64,000 bases of DNA, taken from positions 704,001 through 768,000 of the forward strand of contig OZ001293.3 of assembly GCA_963921275.4 (NCBI GenBank), given 5' to 3'. Source of the stretch: an uncultured Hormoscilla sp. (GTDB lineage Bacteria > Cyanobacteriota > Cyanobacteriia > Cyanobacteriales > Desertifilaceae). The position numbers and the translations under genes are program-made. Below the pieces are notes generated by a model. The model made no database searches. It was not told the DNA's origin and was given only the letters and a program-made list of their open reading frames with translations. Each line of letters opens with the position of its first letter. Within the stretch, counting starts at the first letter, position 1. Shown here piece by piece: positions 22,355 through 33,649 of this stretch.

Positions 22355-22973
22355 GACGTATGTATTGCTACTTACAACTTTACAATTGACGTTACCGTGA
22401 GGGCGTCAGCATATCCCATCCATTACAGAAAGGCGTTAGCTTCTCCGCGAAATCTTTCCCAGATATAACCTGCCGAATGTAAGCAGATGTTGCGCCTTTG
22501 GTGGCTGCTCAACCTATCGACCGGTGGTTGAGAGTATGTACCTGGTTTACTTCGTTCCTCTAGATGATTGGTCGTAGTTTTAGGTGGATTCCTTATGCCG
22601 GGTTTATTGTCGGTGCTTATTGGTCAGAATTCAAACCGCCAATGACCATTATCCTTTCCCTTTTGGGCCAGCGTGTTTAGCCTTATTACGCTGGTTTGTC
22701 GTAACGACACTGTAAATCTTTGCTTTCGCTCACCGTGACTACTTGCACGCTGCGCGAAAAATCGGCGATGACCGGTTTAGGCTACCAGCCAGGGCGCCTT
22801 TCGTACCCGCTTCACGGATTGATGCCATCGCTACCGTGGGGTAAGTGCTGTCACTCCTGCACCTGGAGGGGTGGGCTTTCACCACCATCATCTAAAAGTT
22901 ATCAAGGCTAATGGAGCCTTGCCAGTGGTCCCCCTTCGGTTATCACCGGTGGTTTACACTGAACGAGTCGCAC
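20867..22973 (-). mobile_element. RT-encoding group II intron (chloroplast-like class), 3' end deleted
   Basis: GTGCG at 22973 on the minus strand, structured 5' region, then RT ORF; no HNH domain, DV or DVI before the junction with the opposing intron. Confidence 0.85.
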
Positions 22974-23045
22974 TAAAACGCCGACATTTTAACTTCTCTG
23001 TGCTGGGAAGCCGTAAAGTGTGTCTTACTACGAACGACTGACCCT

Positions 23046-24030
23046 CTATAGTGAGTCTGTGCGATTCGTTCTAGCCTAACGTGGTCAAACACGGAACGCT
23101 AGCCCGGTTTCATTAGCCGGGAACTCTGACCGCATGGGGGTTAAATTCCCCTCCCCCCAGGTACGGGGGTGACACCGGTCCTCGGTGCTACGAAGCGACA
23201 TCATCGTGGTGCTAAGCGAGGACTCAAATGTAGGATAACTGGCAGCCTAAGCCGGTGACGCCGCTAGGAAAGATATCCAAGGTTAGAGCAGGCAAACATG
23301 TGCAAGCCTCGTTATAAGGAACCAGCGAAATAAGGCTATATGCGCTGGCCTAAAAAGGAAATGGTAGCTAGTATTAGTTTTAGACTCTGGCTAATATAGT
23401 ACTCAAATAGCTCCCGGGGTATAGTGTGGACCTAAAGGTATCGCGAAATGTTGTTAGGGAACGAAGTAACCTCTCGTGTGCTGTCCATCAGGACAAGTTA
23501 GATGTTAAGCGCAAGCCACGGGGGGAGGGATGGCCCAAGAAGCGAATGCCCGGGGTAATTCCTGGGATAACATCTACAGTAATGTAGATGATGCTGGGTA
23601 GCCAGCGCTGACGTGGGTCGGTGATACTAGGAAGCTGCTGGAATGAGTAATCCTAAAAAGCCACGGAACTAATCCGAAACGCAAGTGGAGGATAAGGTAT
23701 GGATAACTGGTAAAACTGACTTGAAAATGGTGATACTAACGGTTATCAGAACAACCACTCGCTAAACCAGGAAAGGGAAGAAAAGACAGGCGGCAAGGGC
23801 TAACGGAAGTAATTCCTATTAAGTCTACCTATGAAAAGGGCCTAGTACCCAGTAGCCGGATGCGGTGAAAATCGCAAGTCCGGTTCCTCAAGGGAGGGTC
23901 GGGAAGCGATTCCCGGCTCGACCCCATCCAAATCATTTGTGTAAATATTCTGGTAAATCAGCGCCCAAACCCTTGCGGGGCAAGTATTTCAGCAAACACA
24001 GATTGCACAACTAATTTAGGCTAGCTATAG
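23046..24030. mobile_element. About 114-bp CTATAG-ended MITE whose left terminus is interrupted by a group II intron
   Basis: Removing 23059-23929 gives ctatagtgagtctaaatcatttgtgtaa ... ttgcacaactaatttaggctagctatag, an imperfect TIR. Confidence 0.7.
23059..23929 (+). mobile_element. ORF-less group II intron, 871 nt, copy 1
   Basis: GTGCG start; EBS1 AGACTC at about 23382-23387 versus exon GAGTCT; well-paired DV agccggatgcggtgaaaatcgcaagtccggtt; DVI ends ACCCCATCC. Confidence 0.92.
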
Positions 24031-24142
24031 GCGCTTTCGTGCCTGGGAAGTAGTAAAGTGTGTCTTACTACGAACGGGGAAGACACACTTTACTGCTTAC
24101 TACGAACGACCGGAAGCGTAAGTCCTGACTAACTGACAGATT

Positions 24143-24613
24143 CTAGGGCAAAATAAGTGGCAAAAATTTGTCTGTCACGACGCTATTAATTTCCTGTGGT
24201 AAGTGGTCCATGCAGGGTTTGAGAAAGCCTTTGGCCGAGTTGATTAGTTCGGCGGGGATGACGCCGTCTTTGATAATCTGCTGTTGGTCGTAGATGTCGG
24301 CAATGAATAGGTTTAGGGCCCTAATCCGCTGCTTCAGTCCCTGTTCCAGCTTGGCCCATTCAGCCGCTGCTACAATCCGGGGGATGATATCAAAAGGAAA
24401 AATTCGCTCGGTTCCTTGGCGGTCCCCGTAGACGTTGAAGGTGACTCCCATCTTAAACAACGCTATCTGTGCTGCTTGTTCTCGCTGCTGGAGTTCCCCC
24501 TCTGATAGAGGGTCAGGCGTTTCTATCAAAGCCGCAGATTCTGGGCGTGGCATGCTGGCAGTGGCAAAAAGTTCGTCGTAGAAGTCCCCTGGATCCTATG
24601 ATGTAAACTGCAC
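24143..24613 (-). pseudogene. Circularly permuted type 2 ATP-grasp protein, N-terminal fragment
   Basis: GVTFNVYG..ERIFPFDIIPR..GLKQR.RALNLF; early in-frame stop and truncation after LKPC. Confidence 0.8.
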
Positions 24614-24729
24614 GGGCTATTTTCTGCGATTGAGATCAATATTTATCATGCAGGTTCGTAGTGAGGATTTTAGTCCTCAAGCCGGTAAGCACTAAAGTGC
24701 TTACTACGAACCTAAAGTACTAACTAGGA

Positions 24730-25530
24730 ATGACTTATAACCGGTGGTCGCCGAAAGCTAAGCTGCTGCTAACTCTAGTGCAGCGGGATTTGGAAGCCCG
24801 ATACAAGGGTTCTGTTCTGGGTAATTTGTGGCCTTTGTTGAACCAGCTGTCACAGTTGCTGATCTATACCTATGTCTTCTCGATCGTCCTCAAGGTGAAG
24901 CTCAGTTTGTCTGGTGTACCGGCTAACAACTTGACCTTTGGCCTGTGGCTGTTCGCTGGCTTGCTGCCTTGGACGACCTTTATTACTAGCCTCTTGCAAG
25001 CCTCTACTTCTGCGATCGCCCAGCCAAATTTGGTCAAGAAAGTAGTCTTTCCCTTGGCCCTGTTGCCTCTGGTGCCGATTCTCGCAGCTTTTATTGAAAG
25101 TGGATTGGGAATGCTGACCTTAATTATCTTCACTAGCTTGTTCTCCCAGACCCTTCATGGTACTATCTGGCTTTTGCCCCTGGTCTGGTTGCCCCAGCTG
25201 TTACTGACCATGGGCCTGGGTTACTTGGCCGCTGGATTGACCGTGTTTCTCCGGGATGTGCCCCAAACCCTTGCAGTCCTGACTAATCTCTGGTTCTATG
25301 TCACCCCGATCGTCTATCCTGCTAATGTGATTCCCGAACCTTGGCGGACCTGGGTGCTTTGGCTTAACCCCCTGGCGGCGATCGTCCAGGTCTATCGCGA
25401 CCTGATTCTCACGGGACAGGTAAAGCATGTGGCTGAATGGGCGATCGCCACAGTTGTTTCTATCTTAGTCTTCTCAGGTGGCTTCTGGGTTTATCAACGC
25501 CTGCGCCCAGCTTTTGCTGATGTCCTCTAG
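24730..25530 (+). CDS. wzm: ABC-2 polysaccharide export permease (Wzm)
   Basis: RYKGSVLG.LW, KKVVFP, TPIVYP and FADVL motifs. Confidence 0.92.
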   Translation: MTYNRWSPKAKLLLTLVQRDLEARYKGSVLGNLWPLLNQLSQLLIYTYVFSIVLKVKLSLSGVPANNLTFGLWLFAGLLPWTTFITSLLQASTSAIAQPNLVKKVVFPLALLPLVPILAAFIESGLGMLTLIIFTSLFSQTLHGTIWLLPLVWLPQLLLTMGLGYLAAGLTVFLRDVPQTLAVLTNLWFYVTPIVYPANVIPEPWRTWVLWLNPLAAIVQVYRDLILTGQVKHVAEWAIATVVSILVFSGGFWVYQRLRPAFADVL

Positions 25531-25572
25531 ACTAGACTATCGTTCTGGCCCGCCCCGCCCTAAAGGGACGGG

Positions 25573-25625
25573 CGGTGTCTGAAGCATGCCGCGTCCTTCA
25601 GGACAAGAGCATGCTTCAGACACCG
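25573..25625. repeat. 53-bp hairpin element, copy 1 (copy 2 at 36781-36833)
   Basis: cggtgtctgaagcatgc...gcatgcttcagacaccg. Confidence 0.8.
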
Positions 25626-25830
25626 ATAATTGGTACAAAACCCGTCTGGGTTCGCTCGTTTCCTGACTCTGGCAGGGAACGTCTTCGGGAGGCAGAGCCT
25701 CCAGTCAGAATCATTGCTTCTAGACTAGCCTAGAGGCGGAGCCTCTAAAGCCGCGTCACCAGGCTCAGCCTGGTAACGAGATGAAACGAGAACCCACCCT
25801 ACACTCAACTTGAGATTACAGCCAGAAAGA

Positions 25831-27180
25831 ATGAGTGAAATTGCCATTTCACTAAAGAAAATATCCAAGTGCTTTCAGCGCTATGCCCGTCCGGCGGACC
25901 GCCTGAAAGAGCTACTGTTTCCTGGTAAAAGTCTGGCACAGAAGTTTTGGGCTTTGCGCGATCTCGATCTGGAAGTCCCCAAAGGACAGACTCTGGGTAT
26001 TGTCGGACGCAATGGTTCTGGAAAAAGTACCCTGCTGCAAATTATTGCTGCTACTCTCACGCCGACTACGGGTGCAGTTGAGGTGCAAGGCAGAATTTCG
26101 GCTCTCTTAGAACTTGGCAGCGGCTTTAACCCGGAGTTTACCGGTCGGCAAAATGTCTTTTTTAATGGACAGCTGTTGGGTTTGAGTCGCCGGGATATAG
26201 AGGATAAATTTGATGACATCGCCGCTTTTGCTGATATTGGTGATTTCCTAGAACAACCTGTTAAAACTTACTCTAGTGGCATGTTCGTTCGCTTGGCTTT
26301 TGCTGTCGCTACTAGCGCTGAACCTGATATTTTGATAGTGGATGAGGCTCTTTCCGTGGGGGATGAAGCTTTTCAACGTAAGTGTTTTGCTCGCATTCAA
26401 GATATTCGAGATCGGGGGGGGACGATTTTGTTTGTCTCCCATGCTGCGGCGACCATCGTGGAATTGTGCGATCGGGCTATTTTACTGGACGGCGGCGAAC
26501 TGCTCTTGCAGGGTACTCCTAAGTTTGTCGTTTCTAAATATCAGGAGTTTATTTATGCTCCGGGCGATCGGGTAGCATCTTTACGGCAAGAACTCCGCCA
26601 AGCTAATGAAAAGTTGCTGGCTGAGACTAATATAATAGGGTCAAAGAATATCCACTTAAATAGTAATCTTGAAGAAGAGACGCCAGAATTTTACGACCCT
26701 TCCCTAAATCCGGAAAACACGATATCCTACATTAGCCGGGGGGCAAAAATTATTAATCCCGGGATAACTACAATCGCCACCGGTAAGCTAGTAAATCATT
26801 TGAGCGGGCGTCGCAAATACCTTTACAGCTATTCAGTTCGGTTTTGGCAGCCCGCCCAGAATGTCCGGTTTGGTATGCTGATTAAAACTGTTAGTGGATT
26901 GGAGTTGGGAGGCGCTTCCTTTTCTCCTTCCTTTCATGAGAGCGTGGATTTTGAGGCCGAGCAAGTGGTCAGGGTAAAATTTAGATTTCACTGCCTGCTA
27001 CATCCGGGAGTTTATTTCTTAAATGCCGGAGTATCTGGTATGGTGGATGGAGAATTCGTTTACTTAGCCCGTTGTATAGATGCAGCTATCTTTCGAGTAA
27101 AATCGGAGGAAAAATCCTGTGGCAATGGAACGATCGACTTTAAGATTGAACCTAGTTTGAGTTTATCTGGGGAGGAGTGA
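25831..27180 (+). CDS. wzt: ABC ATPase Wzt with C-terminal carbohydrate-binding extension
   Basis: GRNGSGKST, YSSGM, LIVDE, VSH motifs plus a long C-terminal beta domain. Confidence 0.92.
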   Translation: MSEIAISLKKISKCFQRYARPADRLKELLFPGKSLAQKFWALRDLDLEVPKGQTLGIVGRNGSGKSTLLQIIAATLTPTTGAVEVQGRISALLELGSGFNPEFTGRQNVFFNGQLLGLSRRDIEDKFDDIAAFADIGDFLEQPVKTYSSGMFVRLAFAVATSAEPDILIVDEALSVGDEAFQRKCFARIQDIRDRGGTILFVSHAAATIVELCDRAILLDGGELLLQGTPKFVVSKYQEFIYAPGDRVASLRQELRQANEKLLAETNIIGSKNIHLNSNLEEETPEFYDPSLNPENTISYISRGAKIINPGITTIATGKLVNHLSGRRKYLYSYSVRFWQPAQNVRFGMLIKTVSGLELGGASFSPSFHESVDFEAEQVVRVKFRFHCLLHPGVYFLNAGVSGMVDGEFVYLARCIDAAIFRVKSEEKSCGNGTIDFKIEPSLSLSGEE

Positions 27181-27189
27181 GAACGGTAG

Positions 27190-29211
27190 ATGATGGAGTC
27201 AGAAGGGATATTATATCCAGATGAGAGTAACTTAGTTATTCAAGAGTTTATTAGAGAGAAGGTTAAGTACCCAGGGTCATTTAAGTCCGGAATCAGTATT
27301 CGGGACGAAATGTATCTGTATGCCTTAAATAATGCTAAAGGCGATCGGGAAGAAGCTACCAGGCGCTACTATAGAAATGGTCGCCGGATTATGGATGCAG
27401 TCCAAGATCTAATCGGTGAGTACAGAGGGGGATTCGATCGCCTGGACTCTTTCCTAGATTTTGCCTGCGGTTACGGACGCTTGACTCGCTTTCTGATCCA
27501 GGAAATGCCCCCTGCCCGAATTTGGGTATCGGACATTGACGCCGCTGCGGTAAAATTTCAAATAGCGAAATTTGGAGTCAATGGCATAGTTTCGACGACT
27601 AATCCTCAAGATTATCATCCCCAGGACCGGTTTGATGTGATTCTGGCAAGTTCCTTTTTTAGCCATGTTCCGGAAAAACCCTTTGCTAATTGGCTACAAA
27701 AACTCTATAGTTTACTGTCAGATCGTGGATTATTAATTTTCAGCGTCCACGACTGGACCCTATTTCCTGGTAAGATGGTGGGAGGAATTCATTTTATCCC
27801 CCAGAGTGAGAGTCAGTCCCTGGATGGGCAAGAATATGGTACAACTTATGTGAGGGAAGCGTTTGTCAGTAAAGCGATAAAGCAAGGTGTGACGAGGGGC
27901 GAGGTAAATTACCAAAGGCGACCGCAAGGATTGTGCGGACACCAAGATTTATATATAATAGGTAAAGGCAGTTCGGCTAAGCTCACTGCCAGAAGTGATG
28001 GTTTAGGATCGGCAATGGAATCAAAAGTGCTGGCGATCGCGGGGATGCATCGTTCGGGAACATCTTTAACTGCTTCTGTACTCCAGAGTGCGGGAGTATA
28101 TTTGGGAGACAGGTTAGTCGGGGTAGATGTGGGAAATGATAAAGGTCATTTTGAGGATATAGATTTTGTCGAGTTTCACAAACAGCTCCTGCGATCGCAG
28201 TCTCTGGACGCCGATGGCTTGACTTTCCAGCCTCAGATGAATGTAGCTGATCGCTATGTTAAAATAGCCCAAGACCTGATCGAGGAAAAATCGGTGCATT
28301 CTCTCTGGGGATGGAAGGATCCCAGGACGACTTTGTTTTTGGACTTCTGGTTGCAGTTACTCCCGGATGTTAATTTCCTCTTGGTCTATCGATCGCCTTG
28401 GGAGGTGGTTGACTCCCTTTACCGCCGGGGAACGGACGAACTGATTGCCGCTTACCCGGAAAAGGCCGTGGAACTCTGGATGCATTATAACCAAAAAATT
28501 CTGGAATTTTACGACCGCGTCCCCGATCGCTGTCTGTTAGCATCGAGATGCCAAATTGTCAGCAATCCTCAGTTATTGATCGAGACAATTAATGAAAAGT
28601 TTCAGCTCAATTTAACTGAGCCAAGACATGATATAATCGCACCAGCGCTCATGGGGCAGTCAGTCAGTCAGACCCATAGACCGGTGTTGATCAAAAAATA
28701 CTTCCCCGCAGCATTAGATCTATATCTAGCGTTGGATGCCAAAGCGGCACCGATGCATGGAGAACCGAGTTTGTCTTGGTCTCAATATGTGAAATCATAC
28801 TCGCCCCAAGACTGGGGTTTTCGAGATTGGCAAGAAATAGGAAGTCTGAAAAGTCAAATCCAACTGCTGCAAACCCAAAACGATCGCACTCAACTCCAGC
28901 GGACTCAAGCCGAACTGCAAGAAACGCGATCGCAGCTGCAAGCAACTCAGTCCCAACTGCAAGCAACCCAGTTGCAACTGCAAGCAACTCAGTCCCAGTA
29001 CCAGCAGCTACAGACAGAAACGCAAGAGTTGAATTCGCAGCTGGAGGAGACGCGAGTGCAACTGTCTGAGACGCGATCGCAGTTGGACCAAACTCAGGTA
29101 AAACTGCTTGCATGTGAAGGTCAAATAGCTGCCATGGAAACCAGCAAGTTTTGGCGATTACGGAAAAGATGGTTTAAGGTGAAAAGGTGGATGGGTTTAA
29201 GAACTGAGTGA
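27190..29211 (+). CDS. SAM methyltransferase - sulfotransferase-like - coiled-coil fusion
   Basis: FLDFACGYGR; GMHRSGTS and WGWKDPRT; QATQSQL heptads ending METSKFWRLR. Confidence 0.85.
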   Translation: MMESEGILYPDESNLVIQEFIREKVKYPGSFKSGISIRDEMYLYALNNAKGDREEATRRYYRNGRRIMDAVQDLIGEYRGGFDRLDSFLDFACGYGRLTRFLIQEMPPARIWVSDIDAAAVKFQIAKFGVNGIVSTTNPQDYHPQDRFDVILASSFFSHVPEKPFANWLQKLYSLLSDRGLLIFSVHDWTLFPGKMVGGIHFIPQSESQSLDGQEYGTTYVREAFVSKAIKQGVTRGEVNYQRRPQGLCGHQDLYIIGKGSSAKLTARSDGLGSAMESKVLAIAGMHRSGTSLTASVLQSAGVYLGDRLVGVDVGNDKGHFEDIDFVEFHKQLLRSQSLDADGLTFQPQMNVADRYVKIAQDLIEEKSVHSLWGWKDPRTTLFLDFWLQLLPDVNFLLVYRSPWEVVDSLYRRGTDELIAAYPEKAVELWMHYNQKILEFYDRVPDRCLLASRCQIVSNPQLLIETINEKFQLNLTEPRHDIIAPALMGQSVSQTHRPVLIKKYFPAALDLYLALDAKAAPMHGEPSLSWSQYVKSYSPQDWGFRDWQEIGSLKSQIQLLQTQNDRTQLQRTQAELQETRSQLQATQSQLQATQLQLQATQSQYQQLQTETQELNSQLEETRVQLSETRSQLDQTQVKLLACEGQIAAMETSKFWRLRKRWFKVKRWMGLRTE

Positions 29212-29233
29212 GAATAATTACCAGAGATGTGAC

Positions 29234-32200
29234 ATGGCGAAAAATATTAAAGAAATAATCAAAGCAGTAAAGAAAAGGCTGAAACCGCTGAAATCATTGA
29301 TGATTAAACCAGGACAGCAAGAGGGAATCCCGACAGGAGACTTGCTGGGATATTTAGAATCTCCCCAGGTGATGGAGAAAAATATAAACGGCACTCTGCG
29401 GGTATCGGGATGGGTATTGCACAAACAGGCAAAAATTACCGCCTTGATGCTAGTGCGATCTGGTTTTCCCGAAGAACAGATTGCCTATGGGATCGCGAGA
29501 CCTGATGTCGCCCAAATTTTCCCAGAAATTGCTGGCGCCGAAGCAAGCGGGTTCGGGTGGAATATTCTTCTAGACCGGAATTATACGGGTAAAGTAAATA
29601 TTAAAATTTGGGCAATTCTGGAAAATGGCGATCGCCTTTGTTGCTTTGCGGCCAAAACTCAAGTCATGGCGTTGGTTCCAGACGATCCTCGCAGCAGTTT
29701 AAACCTATACCTATTTTTATCTACTGTCGCACGCAAAGCCTGGGTTGTTTATAAGCAAGGACGCCTGCCCCTGTCTCCCATTGTCTGGATCCGCTATCTG
29801 CGCCGCTACTACCGACAACTGAACGTGACCGTAGAATATGCTAACGTCATTCATCCCTGGCAAACACGAGACCCCTATCAGCGATGGATAGAAATAAATC
29901 GCCTCACCCCCAAACTGTTATCGCGGATGCAAGCAGATGCGGAAAAACTAAAAACCACAGGTGTCAAGATTAGCGTTGTTGTGCCAGTATACAATCCCCC
30001 CGTCCAATTTCTGCGGGAGGCGATCGCCTCTGTTACCGCCCAAATTTATCCCCAGTGGGAACTCTGCTTGGCAGATGATGCTTCCACCCTCCCTCATGTT
30101 AAAGAAATCTTAGAGCAAGGGCAAGCATCCGACCCCAGAATTAAAGTCATTTTTAGGGAGGAAAACGGTCACATTGCCGCTGCGACCAATTCCGCTTTAG
30201 ACCTGGCCACCGGCGATTATATCGCCTTTTTAGACCATGACGATTTGTTACCACCCGATGCCCTGTTGCATGTTGCCGAATGTATCAACAACCATCCTAA
30301 TGTAGACTGGATCTATACTGATGAGGATAAGATCGACGGCGAGGGTTATAGATTTGACTGTCAAATGAAAGGGGCCTGGAGTCCGGAAATGGCAATTACT
30401 CATAATTATACCCATCACCTGACAGCCATCAGAAAAAGTTTAATTGACCGAGTGGGGGGGATGCGGAGGGGATTTGAAGGGGCCCAAGATTTAGACTTAT
30501 TTTTACGAGTCACCGAACAGACTGCAAATAAGAAAATTAGACATATTCCCCATGTTTGCTATCATTGGCGCGTGCATCCGGAAAGTACCGCCTCCCACGG
30601 CACCCAAAAGCAATATGTATTTGATAGCGCCTATCGGGCTATCAAAGAGGCGATCGCCCGCCGGGGACTAAAGGCGAAACCATTCTTGCCGGCTATTTTC
30701 CAAGATAAGGGATTATGCCTGCATCAGTTAGCATGGGATAGTTCGATCTTAGCAGAAAATCCCGTCACGATCGTCATTCCCACCCGGGACAGAGTAGATC
30801 TGTTAGCTAAATGTATCTCCAGTCTGGAAAGAACTGTAGACCAGCGGTTTGTCAAAATTATAATTGTAGATGACCGTTCCGAGTCAGTCAAAACTCGCCA
30901 GTATCTGGAACAATTGGAAAATAAACAAATTTGCCGGGTAATCCGTCCAGAACGCCCGGATGGTAAATTTAATTATGCCCGGTTGGTGAATTTAGCAGCG
31001 GCAGAGGTGGATACTCCCCTGATGCTACAGTTGAATAACGATATCGAGGCGATCGCCCCTGGTTGGCTAGAAGACATGGTAGGATGGATGTCCGTAGAAG
31101 GAGTAGCAGTCGTTGGGGCAAGATTGCTGTATCCAGACCAGACAATTCAGCATGCTGGAGTTGTGGTGGGGACGAATCACGGACTAGCAGGGAATTTATT
31201 TAAGAGTCAACCCCAAACTGATTTGGATTATATCTTTTTACCCCATGCGGCCCGCAATGTCTCAGCAGTAACAGGGGCATGTATGTTAACTTCTACTGCA
31301 ATATATCGAGAATTGGGGGGATTTGATGGGGAAAATTTAGCTGTTGAGTTTAACGATGTGGATTACTGTATGCGAGTGTGGGAATTGGGTAAACGGATTG
31401 TTTATACGCCTCAAGCTACCTTAATTCATCGTGAGAGTGCTTCCAGAAAAAATATAGACTACAATCCCCGAGAACATCTTAGCTTCATTATAAAGCATCT
31501 GGGATATCGGGACCCCTTCTTTAACGAAAATCTCGAAATCGAGAATGAAATAAAGGCGATCGGAATGGAACTCAATCCCCTGCATTTCGGTCACGCCGAG
31601 AGAATATCTAACTTAAATATCCTGTTAATCACCCATAACCTGAACCTAGAAGGTGCGCCGCTGATGGCCTATGCTTTTGCTAAGCACTTTGCTACCGTCG
31701 GGGACTTTCAGGTGACGGTCATTTCTTTAGAAGATGGTCCCTTGCGTTGGGACTACGAATCCCTGAATATTCTCGTTAAAATTATAGCAGATAACCTCAA
31801 GGTACTTGACCCGGACTTAAACCAATATCGCCAGCGCCTGAAAAACCTGGGAGAAAGCCTTGACATCGCCCAGTTCGATCTAGTAATATCTAATACGATG
31901 GTGAGTTTCTGGGGAGTAGAGTTAGCCCAGCTATTTGGCTTGCCCAGTATCTGGCACATTCATGAAAGTAGTAATATCCCCAGAAGTATCGCTAAATTTT
32001 TTGGGGAATCATTACAAAGCGCGATCGGGCAATTATTGCCAGATTGTTTCAAAAATGCCAGTCGAGTGGTGTTTGTCGCCGACGCCACCCGCAGCATATT
32101 TCACGAATTGGATGTTCGCGGAAATTTCCGCACCATTCATGGGGGACTGGATATCGATCGCATCAATGAGTATCGTCAGGCACATGCGAAGTCGGAGTTG

Positions 32201-32779
32201 CGGGCGAAATACGGGATAGAGGCCGATCGCGCGGTCATCACCTTAGTGGGAACCATCTGCGAACGGAAAGGACAACATGTATTTATAGAGGCGATCGCGC
32301 AATTAGCAAAGCAATACGCAGGATTTGCCCATCTAGATTTTATCATGGTGGGACCGCCGAGAGAGGAGGTTTATTTCAACTGCGTGCAAAAGCAGTTAAA
32401 GAAGTTAAACATGCCGAATGTGAAGATCTATGAAGAAACGCGGGAGATATATGACTTTTATGCCATGAGTGATATATTTGTATGTGCTAGCTTTGAAGAA
32501 TCATTCCCGAGAGTTCTGTTGGAGGCGATGGCTTTTGAGTTAAAGATAGTCAGTACGGCAGTATATGGGATAGTAGAGATGATCGGCGATCTCGAACATG
32601 GCTACCTAGTCTCCCCAGGAGATCCGCAAGCCTTAGCAGCAGCTATGCTAAAATCCTTATCAGAGGAAAATGCTCAAAAAATGGCTGCAAAAGCCTATGC
32701 CAAAGTCTGTCGGATGTATAACAATCGATCGCAGTTACAAAAACATCTCTTAATGGCAAAAGAAGTCGCTATCCATTAA
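29234..32779 (+). CDS. Multidomain glycosyltransferase (GT2-GT2-GT4)
   Basis: ISVVVPVYN/DHDD, VTIVIPTRD/LNND and ESFPRVLLEAMA motifs. Confidence 0.92.
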   Translation: MAKNIKEIIKAVKKRLKPLKSLMIKPGQQEGIPTGDLLGYLESPQVMEKNINGTLRVSGWVLHKQAKITALMLVRSGFPEEQIAYGIARPDVAQIFPEIAGAEASGFGWNILLDRNYTGKVNIKIWAILENGDRLCCFAAKTQVMALVPDDPRSSLNLYLFLSTVARKAWVVYKQGRLPLSPIVWIRYLRRYYRQLNVTVEYANVIHPWQTRDPYQRWIEINRLTPKLLSRMQADAEKLKTTGVKISVVVPVYNPPVQFLREAIASVTAQIYPQWELCLADDASTLPHVKEILEQGQASDPRIKVIFREENGHIAAATNSALDLATGDYIAFLDHDDLLPPDALLHVAECINNHPNVDWIYTDEDKIDGEGYRFDCQMKGAWSPEMAITHNYTHHLTAIRKSLIDRVGGMRRGFEGAQDLDLFLRVTEQTANKKIRHIPHVCYHWRVHPESTASHGTQKQYVFDSAYRAIKEAIARRGLKAKPFLPAIFQDKGLCLHQLAWDSSILAENPVTIVIPTRDRVDLLAKCISSLERTVDQRFVKIIIVDDRSESVKTRQYLEQLENKQICRVIRPERPDGKFNYARLVNLAAAEVDTPLMLQLNNDIEAIAPGWLEDMVGWMSVEGVAVVGARLLYPDQTIQHAGVVVGTNHGLAGNLFKSQPQTDLDYIFLPHAARNVSAVTGACMLTSTAIYRELGGFDGENLAVEFNDVDYCMRVWELGKRIVYTPQATLIHRESASRKNIDYNPREHLSFIIKHLGYRDPFFNENLEIENEIKAIGMELNPLHFGHAERISNLNILLITHNLNLEGAPLMAYAFAKHFATVGDFQVTVISLEDGPLRWDYESLNILVKIIADNLKVLDPDLNQYRQRLKNLGESLDIAQFDLVISNTMVSFWGVELAQLFGLPSIWHIHESSNIPRSIAKFFGESLQSAIGQLLPDCFKNASRVVFVADATRSIFHELDVRGNFRTIHGGLDIDRINEYRQAHAKSELRAKYGIEADRAVITLVGTICERKGQHVFIEAIAQLAKQYAGFAHLDFIMVGPPREEVYFNCVQKQLKKLNMPNVKIYEETREIYDFYAMSDIFVCASFEESFPRVLLEAMAFELKIVSTAVYGIVEMIGDLEHGYLVSPGDPQALAAAMLKSLSEENAQKMAAKAYAKVCRMYNNRSQLQKHLLMAKEVAIH

Positions 32780-33046
32780 GAGGAAGGGGTAATTTTTTGC
32801 ACAATTGCTTTACAACTGTTAATATAAAAAACACTTTTTACGGTTAAATACCAGTGGCGATCGATAACAATACAAATGGTCAACTATCTGACGCAAATTG
32901 TCGGTTAATGCAGTCAAGCAAGTTGCGATCGCGACAACGCTATACGCATTTGGCAACAGACAGCGTCCTCGTCCACCTCGTCCTGGTAAGGACATTGCTG
33001 TTGAACGCGATGGCGTCAAACCAACACAACCGACTTTTGGCGATAT

Positions 33047-33453
33047 TCAGTATGCGCCTTTGACAGGACCCGCCTCATCCATAATCGCCACTTCCGGTCC
33101 AGCGGCGGCTCTCACCGAACCTGGTTTGCGAGTCAAAGGCGGTAGGGGATTGCTGGTCATCTGATGGGAAGCTTCGGTCATGCCATAGGATTCGATCGCC
33201 GGGGCCTTGAATTGAGCTTCTAACTCTACCATGACCTGGGGCGGCAAGGGGGCGGAGGAAGAGCGAATGAACCGAATTGGACATTGGGAAACGATCTGGC
33301 GATTAGAACTGGCCCGTGCCAGAATCCCTTGGTGCATGGTGGGAACTGCTGAATACCAGATGAGGCGAAACTCTGCTAACCAGTCAAAGAATTTGGACCC
33401 GTCAAAACCGGGAGTGCAAATCACGCTGGCCCCGGCAGTTAGGGATGAAAGTA
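33047..33453 (-). pseudogene. Internal fragment of an acyl-CoA (oxalyl-CoA-like) synthetase
   Basis: WYSAVPTMH, RFIRSSSAPL, ESYGMTEASHQM, RKPGSV; both ends missing. Confidence 0.8.
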
Positions 33454-33649
33454 AGCCGCACCCATCACTTGATGGGACAAAATGTCGATGTCTAAAGGGC
33501 AGTAAGATGGCGCTGCGCGCCCAGCGCAGCGCATGTAGTGCGCCCGGAGTACATCTGGTGCCGACTCCGGGCTTTCTCCCTAAATGGCGTTGGCTGAAAA
33601 GGTCGCTGCCAGGGCCCACAACAATAGAGATATTTTATCCGAGAATAAC

